A stretch of DNA of 63,302 nucleotides, the filler included, from Licmophora abbreviata (taxonomy: Eukaryota), in NCBI GenBank assembly GCA_900291995.1. It is 10 parts of 10 records of this genome, joined end to end, with 100 filler letters (N's around TTAATTAATTAA, not from the genome) between each part and the next. Parts side by side here need not be neighbours in the genome. Positions count along the whole stretch, not along the records: positions 24,378 to 27,141 come from OLMU01003333.1; positions 27,242 to 29,576 come from OLMU01003334.1; positions 29,677 to 48,653 come from OLMU01003335.1; 7 more parts are not named here. The stretch is one strand, 5' to 3'. The translations under genes were made by a program, and so were the position numbers. Shown piece after piece: positions 24,378-38,323 of the stretch. The notes below the pieces were generated by a model, which worked only from the letters and a program-made list of their open reading frames with translations, searched no databases and was not told the DNA's origin. Positions within the stretch are counted from its first letter, which is position 1. Each line of letters begins with the position of its first letter.

Positions 24378-24575
24378 CGAAAAATTCTGTCGAATGACTA
24401 CAGATTTCCGATGCGGTTGTTTCATAATGTGTCGGCGGAAGCGCAAGACTTGATTCGGAGTATTTTAAAGACGGAGGCGTCAATGAGGCCTTCGGCGTCA
24501 CGTATCCTCCTACATGCCTTTTTCCGACAAAGAAACGACATGGGCGATAATGACGACGACGCGGTATCTTTCTAG
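24378..24575 (+). CDS. 3' end of a Ser/Thr protein kinase (subdomains X-XI); remainder lost in the gap
   Basis: Manual translation RKILSNDYRFPMRLFHNVSAEAQDLIRSILKTEASMRPSASRILLHAFF...* matches the CAMK/PLK C-lobe pattern. Not in the ORF track. Confidence 0.75.
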   Translation, partial: RKILSNDYRFPMRLFHNVSAEAQDLIRSILKTEASMRPSASRILLHAFFRQRNDMGDNDDDAVSF

Positions 24576-24704
24576 TGGTATGGTCGGTCGTGTCTCTAGC
24601 ACACACACTATCAACAACACGGGGGCTCCTTTTTCTCCAATGTCCTATTGCACTAGTAATTGTACTCGTGTTCCTGCTGCTACCAATCTACATACTACTA
24701 ATTT

Positions 24705-26765
24705 CTATTTCATTTTCTGTGTTCGTCGAAAGACGGAATACCCGTCTTTGAATGGCTCGCACGTCCACTCTTTTGTATTCAAATCAAACGCCACGTACAC
24801 ATCCCAAAGAGCCCGCCACAGCCACTTTTCAATGCCTCTATGGTGATTGTCTTGTCGGCATGCCCCTCCTCCCTTGAGAGCCCACCGCTCCAAACAAAAG
24901 GCCGAATCGGAGAGGAGCTGCAATGTAATGTACTGAATGAGCAGGCCTCGAACTCCGTCTTCGCCAAAAAAGAGATCATCGCTCAAGCGATCCAACGTGA
25001 CTTCGAATGCATCGTAGGCTTTCAAAAGAAGCGCCTTGGTTTCTTCCGTCAGAGCCAATTTGTTTCCCTCGCTCGCCGGAACCACTACGAAACGATTCAC
25101 CCAACCGCCCTTGCCGTCTTCCTCCATTCCCAATGTATGAAAGAAGGAAAAGAGGAGCTTTGTCAAAAACCCGGGAAGCGACTGCAACGACGGTTCTCCC
25201 AAGTCGAACAGCCACAGTTTCTTGGGACTCAAAAAGAGATTGTGCAATCCCGCATCGCTCAGTCCGCACGTCCATATCCGACGCAGTGCCGCAGAACACC
25301 GCACTCCCAAGACGGCATGTTCCAATACGGACCGCCACGTATGGACATCTAGATCCAACGTGGTTGTACCTTCCAACGGCTCACAGCCCTCATAGACTTC
25401 TCCTATGCTACTACCACGTTGCAACAAAACGCCAAGAAAGTAGGCGGGCAAGTCTTCCTCGGGTGTCAGTTGCAATGATCCGGACCGAAACTGTTCCCCC
25501 ATGACTCGCAGTCGTACAAACCGCCCCTTGGTTGGGTGCCAGTTTTTCGTGAGGCAGTGCCCACAAAAGGCATCGACGGTCTTGGACACGTCGGCAGAGG
25601 TGACTGTATTGGAATTGCTCTGGATATATGCAAGCTCCCTTCGAATGGCGCGCATAGCGTTCGCTTCCTTGGGAGTTGTGAGTTGCTGCAAATCATCCAC
25701 GACGGTGAGGAATTCGTCAATGAGATGGTGAAGAAGACTGCCGTGTAACTCGCCCGCGACAAGGAGAGACGATGCAGTGCGTGGATTGTCGCCACCAATG
25801 GTTTTTTGACCCAACGTAAACTTCCACAGTTTTTCCTTTTGCAAGAGTCCGAGTGGTTCCATGAGAGCCCTGAGCGATGCACAGCCATCCGGTGTTGTCG
25901 TCGTACTAGGAAGTGCAAAGCGAACCACGTTGGTTGGATTCTGGTTAGGTGTTGGTTGCTGCTGTACAACCGCATCGCGACTCAAGACTATATCCAGCAC
26001 TTCCTTGTGCAGCTGAATCGAGACAGCGTCATCGTTGTCCTGTTGTGCTTGCCCACCGGACGACGGTGTCGATGCTAGCAGTACTCGAGTCGCCCGTCCC
26101 ATTCGAATGGTATTACCCCCATCGGCCAGCGATTTCGACGATTGACTTTCCCGAATGTTCTTGTTCCTTCCGGCTTGTTCTGAAAATGCTATTGTTGGTT
26201 GAAAGGCAGCTTGCAGTAAATCTCGTAATCGACCCCACAGTTCCTGTCCCTTGTCTCTCAAGTGCAGTGGCGAAATGTAGAGCATTCGAAATTCCGGAAT
26301 CCGCCACTTGAGATCCTCTGCAGCTGATGCAGCTGCAGCTTGTGCCAGAGCCGCATCGGCACTCTTAGTAAACCCTCTTCTTCGTTGCAGTTCTGTACTA
26401 ATCTTGGCCAAGGCCAAGTGTTCCAGTGTTTCCTTGTACCCACCGTGTTTCATGACGATGTCACCGTGCGTGGCATGTCGTCCTCCAAAGACGGCTGCAC
26501 CGCTGCCTCCTCCAGCGAGGGCTTGAACATGCTGCAGTTCCTTGGGAGCGTAGACGTGAGGGTGAATCTGTGCGTAATTGGCATCTGGACAAAATGATAA
26601 CTGACAGCAAGAAGCTGTGCTATCCTCGAGGGTAATGAGTAGGCCATACGAATAGTCAACATCATCATCATCATGACTGTTGTTTGAGGAAACTGCTTGT
26701 TTGGGAGCCGTCAAGAGGACAGTCTTGGTGGATGCCAGTCTTGGCAATGTCTGTTCTCCTTTCAT
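24705..26765 (-). CDS. Hypothetical protein with atypical protein-kinase-like motifs
   Basis: 686-aa intronless ORF with LAGGGSGAAVF Gly-loop, IVMK, SDAGLHN catalytic-loop-like and LFDLGE DFG-like motifs. Confidence 0.55.
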   Translation of the reverse strand: MKGEQTLPRLASTKTVLLTAPKQAVSSNNSHDDDDVDYSYGLLITLEDSTASCCQLSFCPDANYAQIHPHVYAPKELQHVQALAGGGSGAAVFGGRHATHGDIVMKHGGYKETLEHLALAKISTELQRRRGFTKSADAALAQAAAASAAEDLKWRIPEFRMLYISPLHLRDKGQELWGRLRDLLQAAFQPTIAFSEQAGRNKNIRESQSSKSLADGGNTIRMGRATRVLLASTPSSGGQAQQDNDDAVSIQLHKEVLDIVLSRDAVVQQQPTPNQNPTNVVRFALPSTTTTPDGCASLRALMEPLGLLQKEKLWKFTLGQKTIGGDNPRTASSLLVAGELHGSLLHHLIDEFLTVVDDLQQLTTPKEANAMRAIRRELAYIQSNSNTVTSADVSKTVDAFCGHCLTKNWHPTKGRFVRLRVMGEQFRSGSLQLTPEEDLPAYFLGVLLQRGSSIGEVYEGCEPLEGTTTLDLDVHTWRSVLEHAVLGVRCSAALRRIWTCGLSDAGLHNLFLSPKKLWLFDLGEPSLQSLPGFLTKLLFSFFHTLGMEEDGKGGWVNRFVVVPASEGNKLALTEETKALLLKAYDAFEVTLDRLSDDLFFGEDGVRGLLIQYITLQLLSDSAFCLERWALKGGGACRQDNHHRGIEKWLWRALWDVYVAFDLNTKEWTCEPFKDGYSVFRRTQKMK

Positions 26766-27362
26766 TCTTCTCTCTCACAGCTTCTTGTGTCTTTGTATCT
26801 CCAACTGTGGCTGCGTCGGTTTCTCATTGTCGGGTGTGTCATATCACGAAAAGATTTTTGTCGTGTTTTGGAAGGACTTCCGGGTTCGTACCAGTGAATG
26901 AATGAGTCAGAGTCAAGTTACCAAACACTTTAGCGTTCTACACCTATTTATATAATTTATGATATAAATAAAACGGTATCCATCCAACGCTTCAGAGTTG
27001 TGACGCCACCAAACAAGACCCAACTGCACGCGCAGCATCGTCGCCTCTTCGTGTGTTCTGCTGTTGTTGTTGTTGCTGTTCATGTTCGCAAAACACACGC
27101 GATCGATCTGTATGATGTGTCAATCGATTCGATCCGTAGCANNNNNNNNNNNNNNNNNNNNNNNNNNNNNNNNNNNNNNNNNNNNTTAATTAATTAANNN
27201 NNNNNNNNNNNNNNNNNNNNNNNNNNNNNNNNNNNNNNNNNGTTCGCAAAACACACGCGATCGATCTGTATGATGTGTCAATCGATTCGATCCGTAGCAT
27301 AGCATAGCATAGGAGGACCATGATGTTAGTTGTCCGTGTCTGAAATCGAATGGCCTGCAAGC

Positions 27363-29809
<2,447 letters not shown>

Positions 29810-29871
29810 GGAAGCTTGTAATTTACTATAGGCAACCATGGTGTCTGCCTCTTTTTTCTAGTATCGATCAA

Positions 29872-30816
29872 TCACAGTCTTATCCCGCTGAGTACATGAC
29901 TGTAAACGACGACTGGTTTCGTCGGCTCCTCAAAGAACATTGCATCCTGCGGATCGAGGTAGGCAGCCGTCAAGATGTTGCCTGCCAACGCTGTACGATC
30001 GCCCTCCGTATCGAACTTGTAGGTATAGAAATGAGCATAATTGGTAACGACTTGTCGAGGAATCCCAACATCCGGAGATCCGCTAAAGGTGACTTGCCGA
30101 ATGTATTCGCTGCAAACAAAGACATCAATGTTAGTGTTCCTCCTGTACACTTCACTCTCGCGAGCATTGCAAAAGAGTTCAATTCGCTCCGCATTCTTTG
30201 TTTTATAGTCGACAAAGTCAATGGAAATACGATTAGGCTTGGTGTCTTCGTACAAGACGTTTGAAACGGCCGAATAGCCCAGGTACCCATCGATGGTACT
30301 TTTCAGTGTTGAAACCCGATCGTCGAGGCCCGTCGTTGGATCAATCGTCATGACGTATGTGACAGGTTTCTCGATTCCAATGTCACTCAGTCCTGCAATG
30401 GAGCACTTTTGAAAGCCTGGTATCAGAGCGTTCTGCATCAATCGGTCTTTGCCGATGCGTGTGGATGGGAAAAGGTAACCGCCAAATGTACTTGTCATTC
30501 TCCAGGTGCCTCGCATGAAGTCTGGGTAGACCTGCGCAGAGGGTGGAACATTAAATACGGAGTTCTTCAACAGGGAAGGATCCCGTTTGGCTAGTTTACT
30601 GGCCAAACCGTTGGGAGAGTAAGGAGCAGTGTCATCGGTTGCAAGAGCAGGAGACGTGCAGATTGATGCCGCCGATGAGAGAACGGCGCCGGTGGTGGAG
30701 GCTATCTGCTTTCCCAGCCGCCGTCGGTCCATTTCGTGCGGCAGCGACAAGGAGAGGCATACTGCACACTCGTTCCACAGCATGACGAACGCAAGGAACT
30801 GCTTGGAGACTCTCAT
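29872..30816 (-). CDS. Plastid/thylakoid-lumen-targeted conserved protein (DUF6816-like)
   Basis: Signal peptide, then DRRRL twin-arginine, hydrophobic stretch and PALA cleavage. YPDFMRGTW motif. ATG at 30816. Confidence 0.55.
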   Translation of the reverse strand: MRVSKQFLAFVMLWNECAVCLSLSLPHEMDRRRLGKQIASTTGAVLSSAASICTSPALATDDTAPYSPNGLASKLAKRDPSLLKNSVFNVPPSAQVYPDFMRGTWRMTSTFGGYLFPSTRIGKDRLMQNALIPGFQKCSIAGLSDIGIEKPVTYVMTIDPTTGLDDRVSTLKSTIDGYLGYSAVSNVLYEDTKPNRISIDFVDYKTKNAERIELFCNARESEVYRRNTNIDVFVCSEYIRQVTFSGSPDVGIPRQVVTNYAHFYTYKFDTEGDRTALAGNILTAAYLDPQDAMFFEEPTKPVVVYSHVLSGIRL

Positions 30817-31163
30817 GATCGGGCAAAGGTATGATGATGTGATGATACCGCACGGGATGGCAGGCAGGGCGGTCGAAAAGTGAAGGGACGCGCCGATGTT
30901 TCGGGGTGCGACTCCTCCGCGTTTGTTTTCTCCAAAAGTTTTTGTGCTGGATTGATCATGATGCATCAAGAACGCTAGGAAATGTTGTTGGCAAACCGTT
31001 CAGGAAGCTAAGAATACCGGTATCATAGTAGGTCCGATGGTACTGGCATCCTTACTCCACCAAATGTGACCATTCATTACATTAAAAGAGAGACGTTGGA
31101 CCTACTCCTCCATAGACCACCGAGTCATGCTACTTTCCTTCCGGTCCATTCAGTCTCTACTCT

Positions 31164-32400
31164 CTACGCCGCAAGCTTACGATAGGTTGTTCGCTCCACC
31201 GCCGCCACAACATCCTGCACTTGCGGCAAGGCCGCCTCTTCCAGCTCAACCGCATAGGGCATGGGAATATCGGCACCCGTCACTCGTTCAAATGGAGCAT
31301 CCAAGTAGTTGAAGGCCTCCGACTCCATCATGATGGCAGCAATCTCAGAACCGATGCCACACTGCGGCCATCCGCTCTCCACCGACACGATGCGTCCCGT
31401 CTTTTTGACCGACTCGATGAGGGTATCGCGATCCAGTGGGCGGATGGACAAGAGATTAATGACTTCAGCCGAGACACCCTTGGATGACAAGACGTCAGCT
31501 GCTTCCAACGCGAGTCCTACCCATTTGGAAAAGGTCACAATCGTGACATCCGTCCCCTCTCGTTCAATCTTGGCCTTGCCAAAGTCGATAAGAAAGTCTT
31601 TACTCTGCGCCTCATCCGACATGGGGAAACTCACACCGTACATGAGTTCATGTTCCAAGACCATGACAGGGTTCGGATCCCGAATCGCTGCTTTGATGAG
31701 TCCTTTGGCATCCTCCGAGGAGTAGGGCGCCACAACCTTGAGTCCAGGACAGTGGGAGTACCAAGCGGCAAAGCACTGCGAATGCTGCGCTGCAACACCT
31801 GCTGCACTGCCGTTGGGTCCACGAAAGACAATGGGACAGGCCAAATCCCCACCGACATGTAATACTGCTTGGCAGCACCATTGATGACCTGGTCGATGGC
31901 CTGCATGGAAAAGTTGATCGTCATGAACTCGACAATGGGCTTGAGCTCTTTGAATGCTGAGCCAATGGCGAGTCCAGTAAAGCCCATTTCGGTGATGGGA
32001 GTGTCAATGACACGCTTGTCGCCGTACTTTTGGTAGAGTCCTTTGGTGACCTTGTAGGCACCCTGGTATTGGGCAACTTCTTCGCCCAGAATATAGACGC
32101 TCTCGTCGCGCTCCATTTCTTCGTCAATGCCCTGGTTGATGGCCTCGCGAACGGTCATGTCAATCGTTGCCATGCCGCGAAGAGACAAGGAAGAAGCCTG
32201 AAGGATATTGGATTTTAGAGAGAGGGAAAATTGGGTCAGAGAGAACGGCGAACAGAAAGCAGCAGCAGCAAGTCGCAATGATTTTTCGCTTGTCTGGATC
32301 TTTCTTGGTCTAATTGATTTCTCAAGTTTCATGTCTTTCCTATTAGGACACATACCACATTACGTCTTGTCAGGGTCGTTCGGGCAATAGATGACAGCAT
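31164..32400 (-). CDS. PDHB: Mitochondrial pyruvate dehydrogenase E1 beta subunit (2 exons; apparent 1-nt frameshift near 31852)
   Basis: [47 protein letters not shown]. Intron 32198-32355. TCGGTGGGG lacks one G relative to the expected S-G-G-D-L-A. Confidence 0.93.
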
Positions 32401-33137
32401 GGTGAACTCGTCGACTCGACTTTCCCCACTGAAGAGACTACGTTTAAAGTGTAGGAGAAGAAGAACAGACAAGCTTTCGACAAAGCGCGAAGACGGTGCA
32501 GTGTGCCGGCACTGCACCGCTGGACGCAAACCTCCACGCCGACGACGACGATGAGAAAGATCTGCACGTACGAACCCTACGTAGCCGCCATGTATCATAA
32601 CCCATTCGATGTACAAAACTTCCGCTCCCAGCCAAGAAGTAGAAGCGGAGCAGGGCAAAGAGTGACCTCATCATTCCTGCTTCTGCTACTCTAGTACCGA
32701 CCTGGGAGCTAGTCTATCGCAACCTCTCTGCAAGACGATGCAACTGAAGAAGTCACTTTCGTCTTGAGTTCTTGAGGAACCAACAACTTTGAAACTTTGT
32801 AGCTAGTACACACAGACGATATGTTCTATAGTCGTAGTCTAGGCGGGAAGAAAGATACGTACTTCGCACATAACACAGCCAAACGATCATACTAGCAGGA
32901 TGAGTACATACTCTAAGAGAATCGATAGAGTTCGATTCTGTTCCAGACAGAAGTCGAAACATGTCGCAGCATTTCACACAAAAAATCTTTTTCGGTTGAT
33001 TACATACATCCGCAAGAGAAGGAAGCGAGATTGAAGAGGATTCTACTCTTCCATCCTACTTCCTATCGCATCGAAGCAGATCCGCAACAGACAAACGAAA
33101 AAGGTCGTACCAAAGCGTCGCAGTCAAGACAATCATC

Positions 33138-34625
33138 ATGAGCAACAGCAACGAGGACAAACCGCATCTCTCCATCGTCGTCACCGGTCACGTTGACGCT
33201 GGTAAGAGCACTACCGTAGGTCATTTGATATTCAAGCAAGGAGGAATTTCGCAGCGCGAGATAGAGAAGCTGCAGGCGATGGCCGAAGAGAAGGGAAAGT
33301 CGTCCTTCGGTTTTGCCTACTATCTCGATACCAACAAGGAAGAGCGTGAGCGCGGAGTCACCATCAAGTCCAACAGCAAGGAGTTCTTTACCGATAAGTA
33401 CCACTATACCATTGTCGATGCTCCGGGACACAAGGTATGTATCCTCACAAGCAGTCGTTACGCTTAGACTGGATTGAAACGTTCCTTGCATGACTGATTC
33501 TCACCTTGCACCTACCTACCTACCTTCCCTCCTCCTCCCCCTCAGGATTACATTAAGAACATGATCACTGGCTCCGCCACTGCTGACGTCGGATTGCTGC
33601 TCGTACCGGCCGAGAAGGGAGGCTTCGAAGCTGCCATTGCTCGTGCCGACCCAAAGTTGGGCGTGGAAGAAGGTCAGACCCGCCAACATGCACGTCTCCT
33701 TTACCTACTCGGCGTCGAACAGATAATCGTCGGTATTAACAAGATGGACTCGTGCAACTGGTCCGAAGAGCGTTTTAATGAGATCAAGGAGGAGTTTGTC
33801 AAGATGCTCCAGATGATTGGCTTCAAACCCAAGAAGGTACCATTCATTCCGTACTCGGGATTCAACGGAGACAACCTAGTGGAAAAGACGGACAAGGCTC
33901 CGTGGTACAAGGGCTGGAAGGCAAACATCAACCCGAAAACAACGGTGGAAGGCTTCACTGTCCTGGACGCTCTCAATGATTTCATCCAACCTCCTGTACG
34001 CAATCCCGATGCGCCGTTGCGTTTGCCGGTCTCGGATATCTACAACATCAAAGGAGTCGGCCAGATCATCGCAGGCACAGTCGAGCAAGGCATCCTCCGT
34101 CCGGGCGATGTGGTGGGCTTTGCTCCGTCCGGGTTGACCGGCAAGAAGATCTTCTCCATTGAACAGCATAAGAAATCTTTGCAGGAGGCAGGCCCCGGAA
34201 ACTCGATCGGAATCAGCATCAAGGGCATAACAAAAGACGAAAAGATCCAGGCCGGCGACGTGATTTACATCGAAAAGGAAGGTGAGCTCAAACCCGTCAA
34301 GGAATTCACCGCTTTGGTTTCGGTGCAGGAGCATCCTGGCATTTTGAAGCCGGGATACACACCCGTCGTTTTTGCCCGGACGGCCAAGGTTGCTTGCAAG
34401 ATGACCAAGATTCTGTGGAAACAGTCCAAGAAGACCGGCAACGAGAAGATCGAGAACCCTCCCAGCCTCTCGCAGTTTGAGAATGCTGAAGTCCTCTTTG
34501 AGCCAACGGCGCCGCTCTTTGTCGAGCCGTTTGACAAGGTGCCAGCTTTGGGACGTCTCGCCGTCATGGATTCGAACCGTCTCAAGATGCTTGGCAAGGT
34601 GACCAGTACCACGTCGGTCGTATAG
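33138..34625 (+). CDS. EFL: Elongation factor-like GTPase EFL (not canonical eEF1A), 2 exons
   Basis: [27 protein letters not shown], the EFL-type insertion [23 protein letters not shown], and NKMD. Intron 33435-33545. Confidence 0.9.
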
Positions 34626-34808
34626 CATGGGCTCGGGAACAACCCCGAACCTCTTTGCGTCCTGAAACTTCTCTTGTTCGAAAAACGTCGTTTTGCGAGG
34701 AGTGCAAGAACAAGCCAATAGCGCAAAGTAATACCTGCGTAATACGACACATTATAATATCGAACTTCTTTCTTTTGTTCGCATGACCTTACATCCGACT
34801 CTAGCTCG

Positions 34809-36011
34809 TTACAGACCCGACTGAGGTGGCACTTCCAGCACTGCTGCAGCTCCCATGCCTGTTCCAATACACATGCTCACCACACCATAGCGTGCCTTTC
34901 GACGATGAAGCTCGTACAACAATGTCGCAATTTGTCTCGCACCTGTACAACCCAGTGGATGTCCCAGCGCAATCGCTCCGCCATTCGGATTCACCTTGTC
35001 ATGGTCCAGCCCGAGATGATCCATGCACCACGTTGCCTGCGACGCAAACGCCTCGTTGATTTCAAAGACGTCAATGTCATCCATCGTCAAATTGGTTTGC
35101 TCCAGTACAGCAGGAATAGCCACTGCTGGTCCAATGCCCATGATACTAGGCGGGACACCCCGGACACTCATTCCCCGCCACACTCCCAGAATGGGCAAGT
35201 GCCGCCGATGCGCTTCCTCGCGCGTCATGAGCAGTACGGCCGCGGCGCCATCCGTCATTTGACTACTATTCCCCGCCGTCGTGACTCCGTGTTCTTTGTC
35301 AAAGACGGGAGGAAGTTTCGAAAGTATCTCGTAGGTCGTTTTGGGACGCACGCCGTCGTCCTGGCGCACATTCCCCACGGGGACAATTTCGGCGTCAAAC
35401 TTGTGGGCTCGTTGAGCCGCTGCTGCCTTTTGGTGTGACTCGACACTGAATTGATCCAGTCTTGTTCTGCCTAATCCATATCGCTTGACCACATTTTCAC
35501 TCGTGACACCCATGGGAATCAAGCAGTCCATGGCAGCCTTGCTAGAAGTATTGTTCGAGTCCGTCATTAACTTCCAATCCACATCGGGAGGTGGAATCTT
35601 CTTCATGGGATGCGTGGACATACTTTCGACACCAGCACCAATCCCAACCGTGATTTGTTTGCTAGCAATCATGTTAGCAATATGACATACTGCCTGTAGA
35701 CCACTGCTGCACTGACGATTGGTCGTGGACAAACTGCTGGTATAGGGAAAGCCTGCCTGCAGTTGTGCCATCCGAAAGGCAGCAGCACCTGAAGCCGGTG
35801 ACAGCACGTTCCCCACACAGACGTCTTGGACGTCGCTCTTGTGTACTTTGACGCGATCGACACATTCCTTCAACACTGTACTGAGGAGGGTTGAGGGCGG
35901 TACGTCCTTGAGGGCACCCTTGTTGGCGCGACAGAGGGGCGTGCGTACGGCACTGACAATCACCACGTCGTCGTCGTTGGTATTCTTGCTATTATTGTTG
36001 GAAGAAGACAT
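34809..36011 (-). CDS. ACAA1: Peroxisomal-type 3-ketoacyl-CoA thiolase
   Basis: NRQCSSGLQA, EINEAFASQ, GHPLGCTGAR, SMCIGTGMG. C-terminal tripeptide SGL. Confidence 0.9.
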   Translation of the reverse strand: MSSSNNNSKNTNDDDVVIVSAVRTPLCRANKGALKDVPPSTLLSTVLKECVDRVKVHKSDVQDVCVGNVLSPASGAAAFRMAQLQAGFPYTSSLSTTNRQCSSGLQAVCHIANMIASKQITVGIGAGVESMSTHPMKKIPPPDVDWKLMTDSNNTSSKAAMDCLIPMGVTSENVVKRYGLGRTRLDQFSVESHQKAAAAQRAHKFDAEIVPVGNVRQDDGVRPKTTYEILSKLPPVFDKEHGVTTAGNSSQMTDGAAAVLLMTREEAHRRHLPILGVWRGMSVRGVPPSIMGIGPAVAIPAVLEQTNLTMDDIDVFEINEAFASQATWCMDHLGLDHDKVNPNGGAIALGHPLGCTGARQIATLLYELHRRKARYGVVSMCIGTGMGAAAVLEVPPQSGL

Positions 36012-36401
36012 GGTGATTGCAGAATAAAGAACACGGGAATGTAGCAAAGGTGAATACTGAGAGCTTCCAGGTAGTGTAGACTACTGGAGAGAAGCACAGA
36101 GACGAGGCCGCGGTCGCTCAGGGTGGCATCATGGTCGACGATTATCAACTTCGAAACGACGGACAAGTTTCAAAAACACAGACAAACAAAGATCGCTCGC
36201 GACTTCAACTTGAGAACTCAGTCACAGACATCGACCATTATGCCTTCAACACGAACACACACAAGCTACATACAATGTATTCATTCACTAATATAGTGTA
36301 TCTAAAATTCAAAACATGGCGCATCATCGATTTTCGAATCGTTCGAATCGAAGCCACTCGCACAAAACACATCAAAATCTGTGCTCTCACAAAGCAGGAC
36401 G

Positions 36402-38113
36402 ATGGCACGACGAAAGAAGGGCAGCAAGTATCGCAACAAGAAACCAAGCACCATGACCACGATGAACCAGGCCTTGCAACCCCTAGCAGTGTCGTCTTTC
36501 AATGAAGACGCGGGAGCAGTGAAGAAAGAAACGACGACGCCCATGGACAAGGAGAACCAGTTCACCGCCGTCAACGACAACGGCATTGCCGGCGGAGTCG
36601 ACTGCTTCGACTCAGCTGTCAAAACTACCAGCGCAGGGAAAGTGGACACACAAGATCTCGAAGGCGACGACAACAGCTTTCTCGAGTCGAACAAGGTGAG
36701 GTAAGAGAATACGATCGTTCCTTGATGTGGTTGATGATGCTGACTGTCCCCTGATGAGAGCTACAGTAAGAAGAAGAGGAGGAAACGAGAGAGAAGCCCA
36801 GCAAGAACGACACGTTCAACGTGATGGAGTCAGTCGCGTGTGGCGAACGAAGACTGGCCGACACGAACGAACGAGAACCGTGAAAGAAACCTTCTTCAAA
36901 TCTGTTCGTTCTAGTTTGCTTCCATTTTTCTTTCGTCTCCTGGGACGTGCCTGCTGTTGCTGCACGTTTCGCTCTGCTCTTGAGCTTCGTCTCGCAACGG
37001 CAAAAAAGCGCGCCATGGTCCACCGCAGGAAAAAAGGGTTCTGCTTGTGCGACGTTTTTAGCTCGCGGTCTGCGCGTCATCGCGCTCTCCTCTTGTCATT
37101 GGTCGACGTGGCTTGCCTTTCTTGTGCCGACTTCTTGACTTTTGCAGTTTGTGTTTCTGTCGTTTTGATCGTTGTCCTGTCACAAACAATAAGGGTCTCA
37201 CTCCACGCTGTCCTTGTCGTCTCTCTCTTCAAAACCCCTACCTGTACAGCAGTTTGTTTCGTTTGCTTCTCCTCCCGCAGCGTCGTTGTCGTCTCCTCGT
37301 GTGGTCCACATGTCCGAGCAACAGCAAGATGATTCTCTACTCCTAGTACAGGTAGACTCGTCTTCCGATCTCGACGATGATGCCTATGCCGGCGACAGCG
37401 CCCATCCCTCCTTGTCTCCTTATACTCCCGCTGAGACTTTCTTTCTTCAGCCCGAACTCGGAACGTCCCACATTTCTGCCTTTGCCCTCGCTTCTCAGCT
37501 GCATCTAGTCGCCGGCTCCCGTGCCTCCAATTCTCGTGCCAGTGTCGCCACGGACGACTTCGTGTCTGCCGTGGAATCCGAACAAGACGCGATTACTCAC
37601 CAACCTAAGTCTCTCTTTGACAATTCCCTCTTCGGAAAGGACGTTTTGGTCATTTCGCAAGAACCCATTCCCGAAGATTCTCTCGAATACGAAGAAACTA
37701 CTAGCATGAGTGTCCGCAGCAGCTATCAGAGCACCGTTCCAAAGTCACCCACTGAGGACCATCCCAATGTCACAGTGCATGTTTATGAAGGCGCCAAGGG
37801 TGCCTGGACTTGGGGCAAGGGTGTCGCGGTCGTCAATGTCTTTTTGGGTGTCGCCGAAGGCGTCGCCGACAAGGTTTTGGGTGTCGCTGGTACTTCGTTT
37901 CAAGATCTCGATTCCAACCTCAAGCCCAAGTTGGAGGGACTCGATGCCGACTTTGTCAATCCGGCTGTAGAAGCCGTGGTCAAGGCCTTGATGGAGGGCT
38001 TGCAGAAGGGTGATGAGACTTTGAAGCCCATTATTATGAGCCTGATTGGACCCGTCTTGAAAATGATTGAAGATAAGAAGGAGGAAACTCCTGAAGTGAC
38101 GAGCACGGAGTAA
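36402..38113 (+). CDS. Hypothetical protein with C-terminal amphipathic helical domain; exon structure uncertain
   Basis: Strong coding-like exon 37352-38113 (VYEGAKGAWTWGKGV...). A possible upstream exon 36402-36695 joins via intron 36696-37351; an alternative ATG lies at 37310. Confidence 0.5.
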
Positions 38114-38323
38114 AACAGTCGTATCATATGATACTGTGTTTGAACGCGCGAACCGAAGTTGGTGTGGTAATTATACTACGAACAAGATGCGGCGGTCCTT
38201 CAATAGGCGAAAATAATGATTGAACTAATGTTCGTACTCTTTCCACTGGAGTGTTGTCTGCAATGGTATCCTTAAAGTCGGTTTGTATTTAACTGCAACT
38301 ACGAGTATCAGGTCTGGTACATA

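Noticed and set aside
27084..27299. Direct repeats flanking gaps (also 19146/19272, 48613/48754, 58584/58716), resembling target-site or tandem duplications
   Set aside because: Unmerged contig overlaps on either side of the spacer.
31840..31860. Programmed frameshift or pseudogenisation of PDHB (likewise DUF1772 near 44582 and the HTH gene near 51980)
   Set aside because: All three are fixed by adding one base to a homopolymer, and PDHB is an otherwise intact core gene. Most likely sequencing indels; raw reads would decide.
33138..34625. Canonical EF-1alpha call
   Set aside because: KEFFT and the insertion before GQTRQH are EFL signatures.
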